Positions 26,297-35,496 are shown, counted from the first letter of the stretch. The stretch: 36,717 nucleotides of DNA from a virus (IMGVR_UViG_3300047400_000088:1-36717); one strand, 5' to 3'. Translations and numbers: made by a program. The notes: generated by a model from the sequence alone, not told the origin.

Positions 26297-27265
26297 ATGA
26301 CGATCAACAAGCACGTTTTAGAGGCCTTAGATGAGTATCACGAGAGGAGTTTGCTCATGCAGGGGGCGCGTTATGATAAGACCATTGACGTAACAAGTAA
26401 GCAACTAAAAGATATGGTCAATGATGACTTGATTTTTTATGTACCAATCTATGACATGCTTGATAGAAAATATGCAGCATTTTCGTCGTTTCCGGAAGCC
26501 CTTCGCCTAAGAGAGAGTGATCCCAAAGGATATGGTATAAAGTACAAAGATCATAACGTGCAAGAAGGCATTGATCACTTGATGTTGCTATATTTGTTCA
26601 GACTATGTGGGTCAGGCATTAACTATAAGCCGCAATCCCATGGATTTGGCAACTTCTGGATATCAAACATGGTATTAGAAGGTAAATACACTTACAAAGA
26701 ATGGCTAAACTCAATTCCTGAGGCGAAGTTTAGTGATAACAAAGGTTATATGCTGCCACAATTCACGATTGGCCTTAGAAATTTTATTTTGCAACACTCC
26801 GAGGATCTTGTCGCGTATATGTATGACGCCATGTTGAGTCGTACAACACCGATGTCTATTATTGAGTTGGTTGATACCGGAAATGCGTGGATGAACAATT
26901 TAGGGTTTAACAAAACAACATTTGTGTTAAGTGCCTTTGCGGCTGACGTTGCTGAGTATTATCCAAAATTAATTGATCAATGGTCGATGATCTATGCAGG
27001 AACTAATGCCAGGCGTTGCATTAGAGCTATATTTGGAAAATCATCACAATTTGATGCGATAGATTTTCTTAGCAAAAGATACAACGCTACGCCATACTCT
27101 ATAGAGGACTCAAGACTATGTGATCCAGTGCGATATTTTTTAGAATATCAATCTAAGTATCATATAGAGAATAACGATGGTGTTATCTATAAAAATAATT
27201 CAATATTAAAGAAAACATGGACACTGGACGAGTACCAAGATTTTACTCTACGACTTCGGGGGTAA
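26297..27265 (+). CDS. aGPT-Pplase / 5-hmdU DNA kinase (HMUDK)-like helical protein
   Basis: 'DDLI..VPIYDMLDR', 'LFRL', 'F....FAAD...Y...GTNARR.I..IF', 'IED..LCD..RY' match the family's conserved blocks. Confidence 0.65.
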   Translation: MTINKHVLEALDEYHERSLLMQGARYDKTIDVTSKQLKDMVNDDLIFYVPIYDMLDRKYAAFSSFPEALRLRESDPKGYGIKYKDHNVQEGIDHLMLLYLFRLCGSGINYKPQSHGFGNFWISNMVLEGKYTYKEWLNSIPEAKFSDNKGYMLPQFTIGLRNFILQHSEDLVAYMYDAMLSRTTPMSIIELVDTGNAWMNNLGFNKTTFVLSAFAADVAEYYPKLIDQWSMIYAGTNARRCIRAIFGKSSQFDAIDFLSKRYNATPYSIEDSRLCDPVRYFLEYQSKYHIENNDGVIYKNNSILKKTWTLDEYQDFTLRLRG

Positions 27266-28065
27266 ATAGCGATGCTATCTACACTAAGGATGAATATCTT
27301 GAAATGGTTAAAGACTTCGAGAGTTCGTTTCCAAGTCCTATTGTAGATGACTTTGATGGACGAATAATTGTACGTGAAGATCTTCTGGAAGTTGGTTCCA
27401 AAGCCAGGGCAGGTGAAGCGTTGATATCCTCCGTAGATAATGATACTATCGTGTATGTACAGCCAAGATTCGGATTTGCAGGCATATCTCTAACTAAACT
27501 ATGTAAAATGTACAGTAAAAAGCTCGTGCTTTTTATGCCTGCTTCCAAGGAAGTATCTGAGCACCAAGCATATTGCATTGAGCATGGCTGTGATGCACAT
27601 TTTTATCGTGTAGCCGCAATGCCAAATTTGAATCGCATCGCGAAAGCATATGCTAAAGATACAAATTCTTTTTTTATACCGCTAGGATTGCGTCATAAGC
27701 TCGTTACGGCAATGATCATTAAGACAGCGTGTGAAATAGAAGAGCCTAAAAGATTTTGGACAGCATTCTCAACTGGTGTCTTAAATCGTGCCTTGCAAAT
27801 CGCGTGGCCTAATTCAGAAGCTTATGGTCTTGCCGTAGCTAGAAATATTAAAGATGGTGAGAAGGGTAGGGCAACAATCATTGGTCACTATCAATATTTT
27901 GAACAGAATAGTAAAATCATTCCACCGTATGCCAGCGCGTTAAATTACGATGCAAAAGTGTGGGAATACTTACAAGAAGGGGACTTATTTTGGAACGTGG
28001 CAGGCAACATAAAGTCTAGTATAAATAAAACAAACATAAACTCAAACGTAAAATGGAAAAAATGA
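27217..28065 (+). CDS. PLP-dependent fold-type II enzyme (DNA-modification decarboxylase-like)
   Basis: 'VREDL...GSKAR' (Schiff-base Lys), 'FIPLGL', 'STGVL', 'NYDAKVW', 'LFWNVAG' motifs. Confidence 0.85.
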   Translation: MDTGRVPRFYSTTSGVNSDAIYTKDEYLEMVKDFESSFPSPIVDDFDGRIIVREDLLEVGSKARAGEALISSVDNDTIVYVQPRFGFAGISLTKLCKMYSKKLVLFMPASKEVSEHQAYCIEHGCDAHFYRVAAMPNLNRIAKAYAKDTNSFFIPLGLRHKLVTAMIIKTACEIEEPKRFWTAFSTGVLNRALQIAWPNSEAYGLAVARNIKDGEKGRATIIGHYQYFEQNSKIIPPYASALNYDAKVWEYLQEGDLFWNVAGNIKSSINKTNINSNVKWKK

Positions 28066-28364
28066 ACCTAACAAATGAATTTGAACCAGTAAGACAATGG
28101 GCAATCAACAGGTCACTGTACAAACAGGGCGATGTTAAAACGCAGTTTGTAAAACTCTTAGAAGAAGTTGGAGAGTTGTCGAGTGCTATTTTGAAAAACA
28201 ATGACGCCGAAACAATAGATGCCGTAGGCGACTGTGTTATAGTGTTAACAAACCTTGCTGCTTTGAAGGGGTATAATATAGAGGACTGTATTAACGCAGC
28301 ATTTTCGGTCATAGCAAAAAGAAAGGGAAAAATGGAAAATGGCACATTTGTCAAAGAAAAGTAA
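28053..28364 (+). CDS. MazG-like dNTP pyrophosphohydrolase
   Basis: 'KLLEEVGEL', 'DAVGD', 'I..RKG.M.NG.FVKE' motifs. Confidence 0.9.
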   Translation: MEKMNLTNEFEPVRQWAINRSLYKQGDVKTQFVKLLEEVGELSSAILKNNDAETIDAVGDCVIVLTNLAALKGYNIEDCINAAFSVIAKRKGKMENGTFVKEK

Positions 28365-28755
28365 ATCGCGTTTACTTTACAGTAATATTGCTCGCGCTGT
28401 GGCTGAATGTTCTATGGCGGTACGCGAGAAAGTGGGTGCAGTAATCGTGCGCGATGGCAACATATTGTCTTATGGATACAATGGAACGTTGCCAGGAACT
28501 GACAACACATGTGAAAATAATAATAAAACAAAGAAAGACGTAGTCCATGCCGAGATTAATGCAATAGCTAAGTGTGCAAGATCAACGGTTAGCACAGATG
28601 GGGCCGAGTTGTATTGCACACTATCTCCGTGCGAGGAATGCGCGAAACTTATTGTGCAATCCGGGATTATTGCCGTCTATTACACAAAGGAGTACAGGGA
28701 TACCAGTGGACTAGAATTATTGTTAAAATCAAAAGTAAAATATGGGAAAATTTAG
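28339..28755 (+). CDS. dCMP deaminase
   Basis: 'KVGAVIV....GYNG', HAEINAI and SPCEEC zinc motifs. Confidence 0.93.
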   Translation: MAHLSKKSKSRLLYSNIARAVAECSMAVREKVGAVIVRDGNILSYGYNGTLPGTDNTCENNNKTKKDVVHAEINAIAKCARSTVSTDGAELYCTLSPCEECAKLIVQSGIIAVYYTKEYRDTSGLELLLKSKVKYGKI

Positions 28756-29377
28756 CACAGCACAAGATGCTTTTGAATTTTATTACAAAAAGATATCAAC
28801 CAAAGGCGAGGCGTCTTCCGGCACTAGATATTTGCAAAACATCGGATTCTACATATCCAATCCTTTGCAAAATAAAATCAACACAAAATACAGGAATTGG
28901 AAAGAAGACTACGCGGCAACTGAATGGGAGTGGTATCTATCAAAGAATAGAAGCGTAAGCGAGATAAAGAAAAAAGCAAAGATATGGGACTCGATGCATC
29001 ACGGCGATGATATTGTCAACTCCAATTACGGGTATCAATGGGGCAGGAACAACCAACTCCAATATGTTATCGACGAGTTAATTAGGAATAAGGACTCTAG
29101 AAGGGCGGTTATTACCATATATGATGGTAAAGAACATGAGATGCACTCGCTAGACACGCCATGCACGTTAAATGTCGTGTTTAGTATATCAAATGAAAAG
29201 CTCAATATGTCTGTTCTTATGCGTTCAAATGATCTGTGGTATGGTTTTTGCAATGATCAATACTGTTTTAGTTTACTGTTAAAACTAATTGCAGATAAAT
29301 TAGGTATTGAAATTGGTTGGTATTATCATTTTGCCAATAACTTACATTTGTACGAAAACTTTTTGCATAGAGATTAA
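28742..29377 (+). CDS. Thymidylate synthase-superfamily enzyme, probably dCMP hydroxymethylase-type
   Basis: 'NSNYG', 'DSRRA', catalytic 'PC', 'MRSNDLWYGFCND', 'NLHLY'; Asp at the position of E. coli TS Asn177. Confidence 0.85.
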   Translation: MGKFSTAQDAFEFYYKKISTKGEASSGTRYLQNIGFYISNPLQNKINTKYRNWKEDYAATEWEWYLSKNRSVSEIKKKAKIWDSMHHGDDIVNSNYGYQWGRNNQLQYVIDELIRNKDSRRAVITIYDGKEHEMHSLDTPCTLNVVFSISNEKLNMSVLMRSNDLWYGFCNDQYCFSLLLKLIADKLGIEIGWYYHFANNLHLYENFLHRD

Positions 29378-29391
29378 TTCAATCAGTAATC

Positions 29392-31194
29392 GTGTCATCC
29401 CTTGTAAATATCATTTGCAGTGATCCTGAGTATTTACAGGCATGTAAAACTATCACTAAGGGTTCAGCGCTTGCCGATGATCTATACCAAGAGGTCATCC
29501 TTTGCCTGCTAGAAAAGAGCGAAACAAAGCAGCGCGAGATCGCAGAAGGTGGATATATCAAACTTTGGTTCGCCAAAACGGCATGGCAAATGTGGACGAA
29601 TGAAAGGTCAAGTTTTAGTAGGATACATCGCGGCAAACTTGGCATCATACAATCTTTCGAGAATTATCAATTTGCAAGCCCAGGGACTGACGACGAAGTG
29701 GAACCCCGTGACGAGTATGACTGCCACTCGTCCGATATCAATAACGCCGAACCCGATGATCGCCGCGACATCGAGGAAGCCCTCGCGCTGCTCGAGGGCG
29801 ATGGCAACTACACGCAGTCTTGGTTTGATCGCAAGATTCTTGATGTATATATGGAGTATGGTAGTGCCCGCGAGGTCAGTGAGCGTACCGGCATTATAAG
29901 ACCAACAATAGATGCAAGCATACGAAGAAGCAAATCACGATTAAAAAGAAAGATGGAACATAAGCACATCCGCATCCTTATCGTCTGCCCACGAGAATAT
30001 TCGGGCAGCGACTTCTACCGAACCCTCATCCCGCATCTGCACCTGAACTTCAATCACCCGGACGACTTCGAGGTAGTGCAGATACCCACAATGGACGCGG
30101 AGCACATCCAAACGCCCGAAGGCAACGTGCCGCTATTTGAATACCTGAATGGCTTTCACATCGCGGTATTTAGCCGGCAGTTGTCGCACTACGGCAACAG
30201 CAAGAAGATAGCCGACGGCCTGCGCGCGATGGGTACGCGCATTGTGCTGGACATCGATGACTATTGGCATGTGCCAAGTACGCACGTTCTTTATGAAGAT
30301 TACCGGGCGATGAATTTGCCGGCACATCTGATCGCCGACATGCGCTTGGCAGACCACATCACCACCACTACGAGCATCCTTGCCGATGAGATACGCAAGG
30401 TGAACACCAATGTAAGCGTGTTACCCACGGCCTATGACCCCGACCGGCAATACATGCAGCCCGGCCACACCACATACTCACGTACCCGCATCGGATGGAT
30501 GGGTGGTATCTGCCATCGCGACGACATCGACCTATTGAGTGCGGGCATTCAAAAGTTGCACAGCGACAAGAGCCTGGAGGGCCGATATCAGCTAATCCTG
30601 GGTGGCTTTAACCTCCAGCAAAGCCGATGGGAGCCAGGCAAGCCTGATTCAGATGGGCGAGTGATGTACGAGCCGGTGGTCCTTCCATTTTGGCAGCAGG
30701 AGTACGTCCATTTCGAGCGTGTATTCACCAACGACTACAAGGCAGTCGGCGAGCAGTACATGAAGCACCTGCATCGGGGCAATACACTTGGGTGGGATGA
30801 TGAGGAGAATGAGCCATACCGCCGCATATATGGCCGCCCGGCGGGCGAATACATGCAGGGGTATGCCGACTTCGACATTGCGCTGGCCCCATTGAAGGCA
30901 AACAAGTTCAGCCGGTGTAAGAGTCAACTGAAGCTGATCGAGGCAGGGTTCTTCAAACTGCCCCTGATTTGCTCGGCCACGGAGCCGTACACCATCGACG
31001 GCAAGCATGGTCACAACTGCCTGATGGTTCAGGAAAGCAAGGGACACAAGGACTGGTACCGCTGCATGAAGATGCTCCTGAAGGACGAAAGCCTGCGCCG
31101 GGAGCTGGGCGAGAACCTGCACAAGGACGTTCAGAAGTACCACATCCGCGAGCAGATCGGCGCTCGCATTGACCTATACAAGCACCTCTACTGA
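29392..31194 (+). CDS. Fusion of an ECF-like sigma-70 factor (aa 1-187) and a GT-B glycosyltransferase (aa 188-600)
   Basis: 'ADDLYQEVIL' region 2; 'SAREVSERTGI...TI...IRR' region 4 HTH; then 'DIDDYW', 'RIGWMGG..H..D', 'DIALAPL...F..CKS.LK.IEAG'. Confidence 0.85.
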   Translation: MSSLVNIICSDPEYLQACKTITKGSALADDLYQEVILCLLEKSETKQREIAEGGYIKLWFAKTAWQMWTNERSSFSRIHRGKLGIIQSFENYQFASPGTDDEVEPRDEYDCHSSDINNAEPDDRRDIEEALALLEGDGNYTQSWFDRKILDVYMEYGSAREVSERTGIIRPTIDASIRRSKSRLKRKMEHKHIRILIVCPREYSGSDFYRTLIPHLHLNFNHPDDFEVVQIPTMDAEHIQTPEGNVPLFEYLNGFHIAVFSRQLSHYGNSKKIADGLRAMGTRIVLDIDDYWHVPSTHVLYEDYRAMNLPAHLIADMRLADHITTTTSILADEIRKVNTNVSVLPTAYDPDRQYMQPGHTTYSRTRIGWMGGICHRDDIDLLSAGIQKLHSDKSLEGRYQLILGGFNLQQSRWEPGKPDSDGRVMYEPVVLPFWQQEYVHFERVFTNDYKAVGEQYMKHLHRGNTLGWDDEENEPYRRIYGRPAGEYMQGYADFDIALAPLKANKFSRCKSQLKLIEAGFFKLPLICSATEPYTIDGKHGHNCLMVQESKGHKDWYRCMKMLLKDESLRRELGENLHKDVQKYHIREQIGARIDLYKHLY

Positions 31195-32111
31195 TGAAAT
31201 ACGTTTTTATCTGCGCGGATGACTGGGCCAACCTGCAACACGAGTTGGCGCAATCGCTACGCGCTGCCGTAACGTCGGATGACACGGTGCAGGCCGTGAA
31301 ACTGCGGTCGCACCCATTCGGGTATGACCACCAATGCCCAATGCGCACGGTGGAGCAGATGGCAGAAATGTCCGCCGATGCGGACGCGGTATTCATCACG
31401 CACAGCGATCACGAGCTATTGCCATACGTGAACCGCAGTAGCCGGATCATCCCCATTCACACAGGAACAAAGTACCGGCAGAACGCGCAGGCGATCAATG
31501 AGGCGTTCTCATTCACCGATCTACAACTGACCGACCAGACCGAGTTCTTCGGTCTTGGCGCAAAGAATCTACGGTACATCACCGTGCCGGTAACAATCGA
31601 CAAGTGGCAGCTATTCAGCCATGAATCCAGCCGCCCCTACATCGTGGGCCACTACCCCAGCAACCCACACGTGAAGGGAACCGATCGCATCATTACGATG
31701 ATGGCGCAGGTACGCACTCCCCATCGCTTTGATTACAGCACGACGCGGCTGCCTCACCCGGATCACCTGCGGCGCATTGCCAACTCAGACATCTATGTGG
31801 AGTTGTTCGCCCCGCAACAGGGTGGTCGCGAATACGGATGCTACGGCGTTACGGCCTTTGAGGCGGCAGCAATGGGTCGCGTCGTGGTTACGCAGAACCT
31901 TCACCCTGAGATATACGAGGAGGAGTACGGCTCCTGCCCCTTCATCCTTGCCGAGAATGAGGGCGATTTCATCGCCAAGATGGACTATGTACTGAACATG
32001 CCACCGGCAGAACTGCGCGACCGGCAGACGAAGCACTACATGAAGATGAAGGAATACCACAGCCACAATGAAACCGGCCTGCGCATCCTAAACTACCTGA
32101 ATAAGCCATGA
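31194..32111 (+). CDS. GT-B (GT4-like) glycosyltransferase
   Basis: 'H.PSN...KGT', 'DIYVE', 'YGVTAFEAAAMGRVVV' motifs. Confidence 0.8.
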   Translation: MKYVFICADDWANLQHELAQSLRAAVTSDDTVQAVKLRSHPFGYDHQCPMRTVEQMAEMSADADAVFITHSDHELLPYVNRSSRIIPIHTGTKYRQNAQAINEAFSFTDLQLTDQTEFFGLGAKNLRYITVPVTIDKWQLFSHESSRPYIVGHYPSNPHVKGTDRIITMMAQVRTPHRFDYSTTRLPHPDHLRRIANSDIYVELFAPQQGGREYGCYGVTAFEAAAMGRVVVTQNLHPEIYEEEYGSCPFILAENEGDFIAKMDYVLNMPPAELRDRQTKHYMKMKEYHSHNETGLRILNYLNKP

Positions 32112-32221
32112 CCCCCAACGTCCAACCACGCGACCCGCGCCGGTTCTCATACCCGGCAGCCATTGCATTTAGCCTGCTCATGTGGGCAATAATCTTAAAA
32201 CTGTCAGGATGCCATCTGTAA
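32108..32221 (+). CDS. Small membrane peptide (37 aa)
   Basis: ATGA-coupled; hydrophobic AAIAFSLLMWAIIL. Confidence 0.4.
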   Translation: MTPNVQPRDPRRFSYPAAIAFSLLMWAIILKLSGCHL

Positions 32222-33021
32222 CCATTCTTTTACTCACCATTGACCGTTACGAGGTAACGAGCAAGGTAATCACGCAGGCCCTGCTGAATGCCGGCCACAC
32301 ATTCACGCTGCATGTGCATGACAACGGCAGCAGCGACGTTGCCATTCAGAAATGGGGGCTCGACCAGTCGCGCCAGTACAACGGCAAGTACACGCGCAGC
32401 GAATCCAACATCGGCACCACGCAGGCCCTCAACATCATGATGCGCGGCACCAATTCCGATTACTATGTTTTCATAGGTAATGACATTGCGCTGCCTCCCG
32501 GATGGCTGAAGGCAATGGTAGAATACGCCGAAGCCATACCGAACAGCGGCATGGTGGGCATCAATTGGCGACCGCTGGAGTACCCGGCAGCCGTGGTGAA
32601 TGGTAAACTCACATGGCCCAGCAAGCGCATCTTCGGCGACGTGCTGTTCGGCAAGCATGTACGGCAAGCCATCGGCGAACTGTGCGAGGACTACGGGCCT
32701 TATGGTCTTTGGGATAGCGATACGGCGGTGCGGTGTGAGATGGCCGGGTTATTGAACTACTACATCGCCGACCTTCGTAGCGAACACATGACCAACGACG
32801 TAGGCGAGGACAGCGACTACCGGCGCATGAAGGACGCATCGCTATCGACAGCCAAACCCATCTACTCTGCCAATGTTGAGCAGTACAAGACTACGGGTCT
32901 AATAAATTTGAGCTATGAAAAAGGATACAAAGAAACCCGGCCAGCATGGTACGGCAAAGATTCGGGGGTGGATCAGCCTTCAGGAACAGGCCCCGAAGGA
33001 CTACAAGGCCAAGTCGGTTAA
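32209..33021 (+). CDS. GT-A (GT2 family) glycosyltransferase
   Basis: 'VTILLLT..R', 'DNGSSD', 'NIG...ALN', 'GND' (DxD variant), 'YGLWDSD' motifs. Confidence 0.85.
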   Translation: MPSVTILLLTIDRYEVTSKVITQALLNAGHTFTLHVHDNGSSDVAIQKWGLDQSRQYNGKYTRSESNIGTTQALNIMMRGTNSDYYVFIGNDIALPPGWLKAMVEYAEAIPNSGMVGINWRPLEYPAAVVNGKLTWPSKRIFGDVLFGKHVRQAIGELCEDYGPYGLWDSDTAVRCEMAGLLNYYIADLRSEHMTNDVGEDSDYRRMKDASLSTAKPIYSANVEQYKTTGLINLSYEKGYKETRPAWYGKDSGVDQPSGTGPEGLQGQVG

Positions 33022-33033
33022 ACTGAAAAAGAC

Positions 33034-33336
33034 ATGGAAGCCACCATCGAACTGATGCTCCTACCCTTCGCAGCCAACTTCCTTGTGCTGACACCGCCGG
33101 TCATGTGGCTGCGCGCCGCCAAGTGGCGTTACCTGAAGGAATTACGACGGGATCCAAGCCTCCCGTTCTTCAGCGTCCGGGTCAAACCCTTTGACTGCGA
33201 GTCATGCCTGACATACTGGGCATCCTTGTTAATAACAATGGCGTATAATATGCCTCTATCAGATGTTGTAATTTTGCCAATGACACTTGCATGGGCAGCC
33301 ATGCAGATACGCAAGCACCTACCAGTTTACTTATGA
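33034..33336 (+). CDS. Membrane protein with CxxC (DUF1360-like)
   Basis: 'KPFDCESCLTYW' flanked by hydrophobic helices. Confidence 0.6.
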   Translation: MEATIELMLLPFAANFLVLTPPVMWLRAAKWRYLKELRRDPSLPFFSVRVKPFDCESCLTYWASLLITMAYNMPLSDVVILPMTLAWAAMQIRKHLPVYL

Positions 33337-33554
33337 CACCCGGACAGATACAAACCCTCGAAGACAACCGCGATCTGTGGGTGCTGATGCGCGACCACGG
33401 ATACCTACCCAACGGTACCCAACACCGGGTACAAGCCGTGGTGAATGTGTACGTGGCCCTGACCGGCAGCATCCCCAACATCTCATGCCCGCCATGCCTG
33501 ATAGACGCATTCCGGCATGTGTACAATAGATTGGACAGCATATCTAAAACATAA
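33333..33554 (+). CDS. Small CxxC hypothetical protein
   Basis: 'SCPPC'; ATGA-coupled. Confidence 0.55.
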   Translation: MTPGQIQTLEDNRDLWVLMRDHGYLPNGTQHRVQAVVNVYVALTGSIPNISCPPCLIDAFRHVYNRLDSISKT

Positions 33555-33558
33555 CACC

Positions 33559-34008
33559 ATGCCAGCACCTAAAGGAAATCAATTTTGGAAGCTCCGCACC
33601 AAACACGGTCGCAATAGACTATGGGAAAGCCCGGAAGTTCTCTGGCAGGCTGCAACCGAATACTTTGAGGCAATGGACGCTCGCACAGATTGGCAACGTA
33701 CTGAGTTCGTCGGAAAGTTTGGAGAACGTCAGACGGTAACGCTTAAACCGCCGTACACGCTCATGGGACTGATGATATTTCTCGACACTAACATTGTGAC
33801 ATTCATGAAGTATGAGAAACTGGAAGATTATGTTGATACCTGCACGCGTATACGGGATATTATAGCTAACCAAAAATTTGAGGGTGCAGCGGTAGGAGCT
33901 TACAATGCGAACCTTATTTCCCGCGATTTGGGTCTTGTGGAGAAGAGCAACACCACGATCGCCATTGAGCAGCCGATGTTCCCGGATGAATCAAAACCAA
34001 AAGAGTAG
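33559..34008 (+). CDS. terS: Terminase small subunit (P22 gp3-like)
   Basis: 'MPAPKGNQFW....HGR', 'YT..GL..FL', 'QKFEGAA.G..NANLI.RDLGL' motifs. Confidence 0.9.
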   Translation: MPAPKGNQFWKLRTKHGRNRLWESPEVLWQAATEYFEAMDARTDWQRTEFVGKFGERQTVTLKPPYTLMGLMIFLDTNIVTFMKYEKLEDYVDTCTRIRDIIANQKFEGAAVGAYNANLISRDLGLVEKSNTTIAIEQPMFPDESKPKE

Positions 34009-34324
34009 CATGGTTGAGTTAATGGCATCGGTGAAGTTAAACGAGTGGCTGGCGCAGAACGAGATTGCGGAATGCGACTTTGTTTCGTTTGTCGTGAACA
34101 AGTCGAACGAATCGGTTTATGGCGCGGTGTTCAACACCGACAAGGGCCTTTTGTTCCAACAGCACAAGTGGAGAGCAGTGAACAAGGACAAACCGCTGCC
34201 CCGTGTGTCTGCCGAGATGCAGTACAGCCATAAGCTCGTAAGCGATTATATATTCATATCATTCAGGAGAATTGAGCCTATTGAATATACGCGAATTGAA
34301 GTCATTGACATGCAATCGGCATAG
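33986..34324 (+). CDS. Hypothetical protein inserted between terS and terL
   Basis: ORF fills the gap; start at 33986 or 34010. Confidence 0.55.
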   Translation: MNQNQKSSMVELMASVKLNEWLAQNEIAECDFVSFVVNKSNESVYGAVFNTDKGLLFQQHKWRAVNKDKPLPRVSAEMQYSHKLVSDYIFISFRRIEPIEYTRIEVIDMQSA

Positions 34325-34326
34325 TG

Positions 34327-35496
34327 ATGTTCAAGCGAACGACGGCGGTCAATAAGTTGTTGGCCCTCACGAAGCGTAAGCGGATCATTCAAGGTGGTAC
34401 CTGGGGCGGCAAAACCTATGGCATCATCGCCGTGCTTATAGACTATGCGGCAAAGAATCCGGGGCGGAAGATTACCGTGGTGGCCGAGACTATCCCGGCG
34501 GTAAAGGAAGGGGCGCTTCAGCAGTTCCGGGAGATCATGCAAAAGACCGGTCGATGGTACGAGCCCAGGTACAACGCCGTGGAGATGGCCTACACCTTCG
34601 CCAACACGACAAAGATTCAGTTCAAGAGCTTCGATACCGAGGGCAAGGCGAAGGCAGCCGGCAAACGCGATGTGCTGTTCCTGAACGAGGCCAACCATAT
34701 CCCGTTCAACATTGCCGATGCGCTTATGATACGCACCGAGGGACAGATATGGATCGACTTTAACCCGGACAATGAGTTTTGGGCGCATACCGAAGTGTTG
34801 CCGGCCCCGGATGCTGAATTTCTGCTCCTCAAGTACACCGACAACGAAGGCTGCCCGGATACCATCATACAGCAACTGAAACAGCGGCAGGAGCAGGCGG
34901 CCACATCATCCTATTGGCGCAACTGGTGCAGGGTGTACATTGACGGCGAGATCGGCACCCTCGAAGGCGTGATCTATCCCGACTGGAAGCCGGCGAAGGA
35001 AGTGCCGGAGATCATCCGCAAGGAAGCTGCCGTGGTGTATGGGTTGGACTTTGGCTTTAACGTGCCGACCGCACTCATCCGGGTTTACCTCATCAAAGGC
35101 ATGATGTACGCCGAAGAGTTACTATATGAAACCGGCCTGACCAACAGCGACCTCATTACCCGCATAGTGGGCATGGGCATACGAAGAGGCGCGATGATGT
35201 ACTGCGATGCAGCGGAGCCGAACCGTATCGAGGAATTGCGCCGTGCAGGTTTCAACGCAAGGCCGGCGGACAAGGACGTAAAGAAGGGTATCGACACGAT
35301 TCGGCAGCAGGCCCTATTCATCACGCAGGCCAGCCTGAACCTCACGAAGGAGATACGCGGGTACAAGTACGACAGCGATAAGGACGGCAAACTGCTGGAG
35401 TTTCCCGTGAAGGAGAATGACCACGCAGTCGATGCGATGCGCTATGCCGCCTACACACATCTAAAATCACCGACCGGCGTTTACCACGTCCGCTAA
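34327..35496 (+). CDS. terL: Terminase large subunit (PBSX/Terminase_3 type)
   Basis: Walker A 'QGGTWGGKT', Walker B 'LFLNEA', 'DFNP', nuclease 'GLDFGF', 'DHAVDAMRY'. Confidence 0.95.
   Translation: MFKRTTAVNKLLALTKRKRIIQGGTWGGKTYGIIAVLIDYAAKNPGRKITVVAETIPAVKEGALQQFREIMQKTGRWYEPRYNAVEMAYTFANTTKIQFKSFDTEGKAKAAGKRDVLFLNEANHIPFNIADALMIRTEGQIWIDFNPDNEFWAHTEVLPAPDAEFLLLKYTDNEGCPDTIIQQLKQRQEQAATSSYWRNWCRVYIDGEIGTLEGVIYPDWKPAKEVPEIIRKEAAVVYGLDFGFNVPTALIRVYLIKGMMYAEELLYETGLTNSDLITRIVGMGIRRGAMMYCDAAEPNRIEELRRAGFNARPADKDVKKGIDTIRQQALFITQASLNLTKEIRGYKYDSDKDGKLLEFPVKENDHAVDAMRYAAYTHLKSPTGVYHVR

Larger units (their letters stand above)
24900..29380 (+). other. AT-rich nucleotide/DNA-modification island (8 genes)
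   Basis: A sampled 60-nt line is 35% GC, against 63% in a sampled capsid-gene line; tightly coupled operon with its own promoter. Confidence 0.85.

Noticed and set aside
27217-28065. Annotation as cysteine synthase or threonine dehydratase auxiliary metabolic gene
   Set aside because: Same PLP fold, but coupled to aGPT-Pplase-like and TS-like genes, as in DNA-hypermodification loci
28742-29377. Annotation as ordinary thyA
   Set aside because: RSND motif, Asp at the Asn177 position, short length and operon context indicate a modification enzyme
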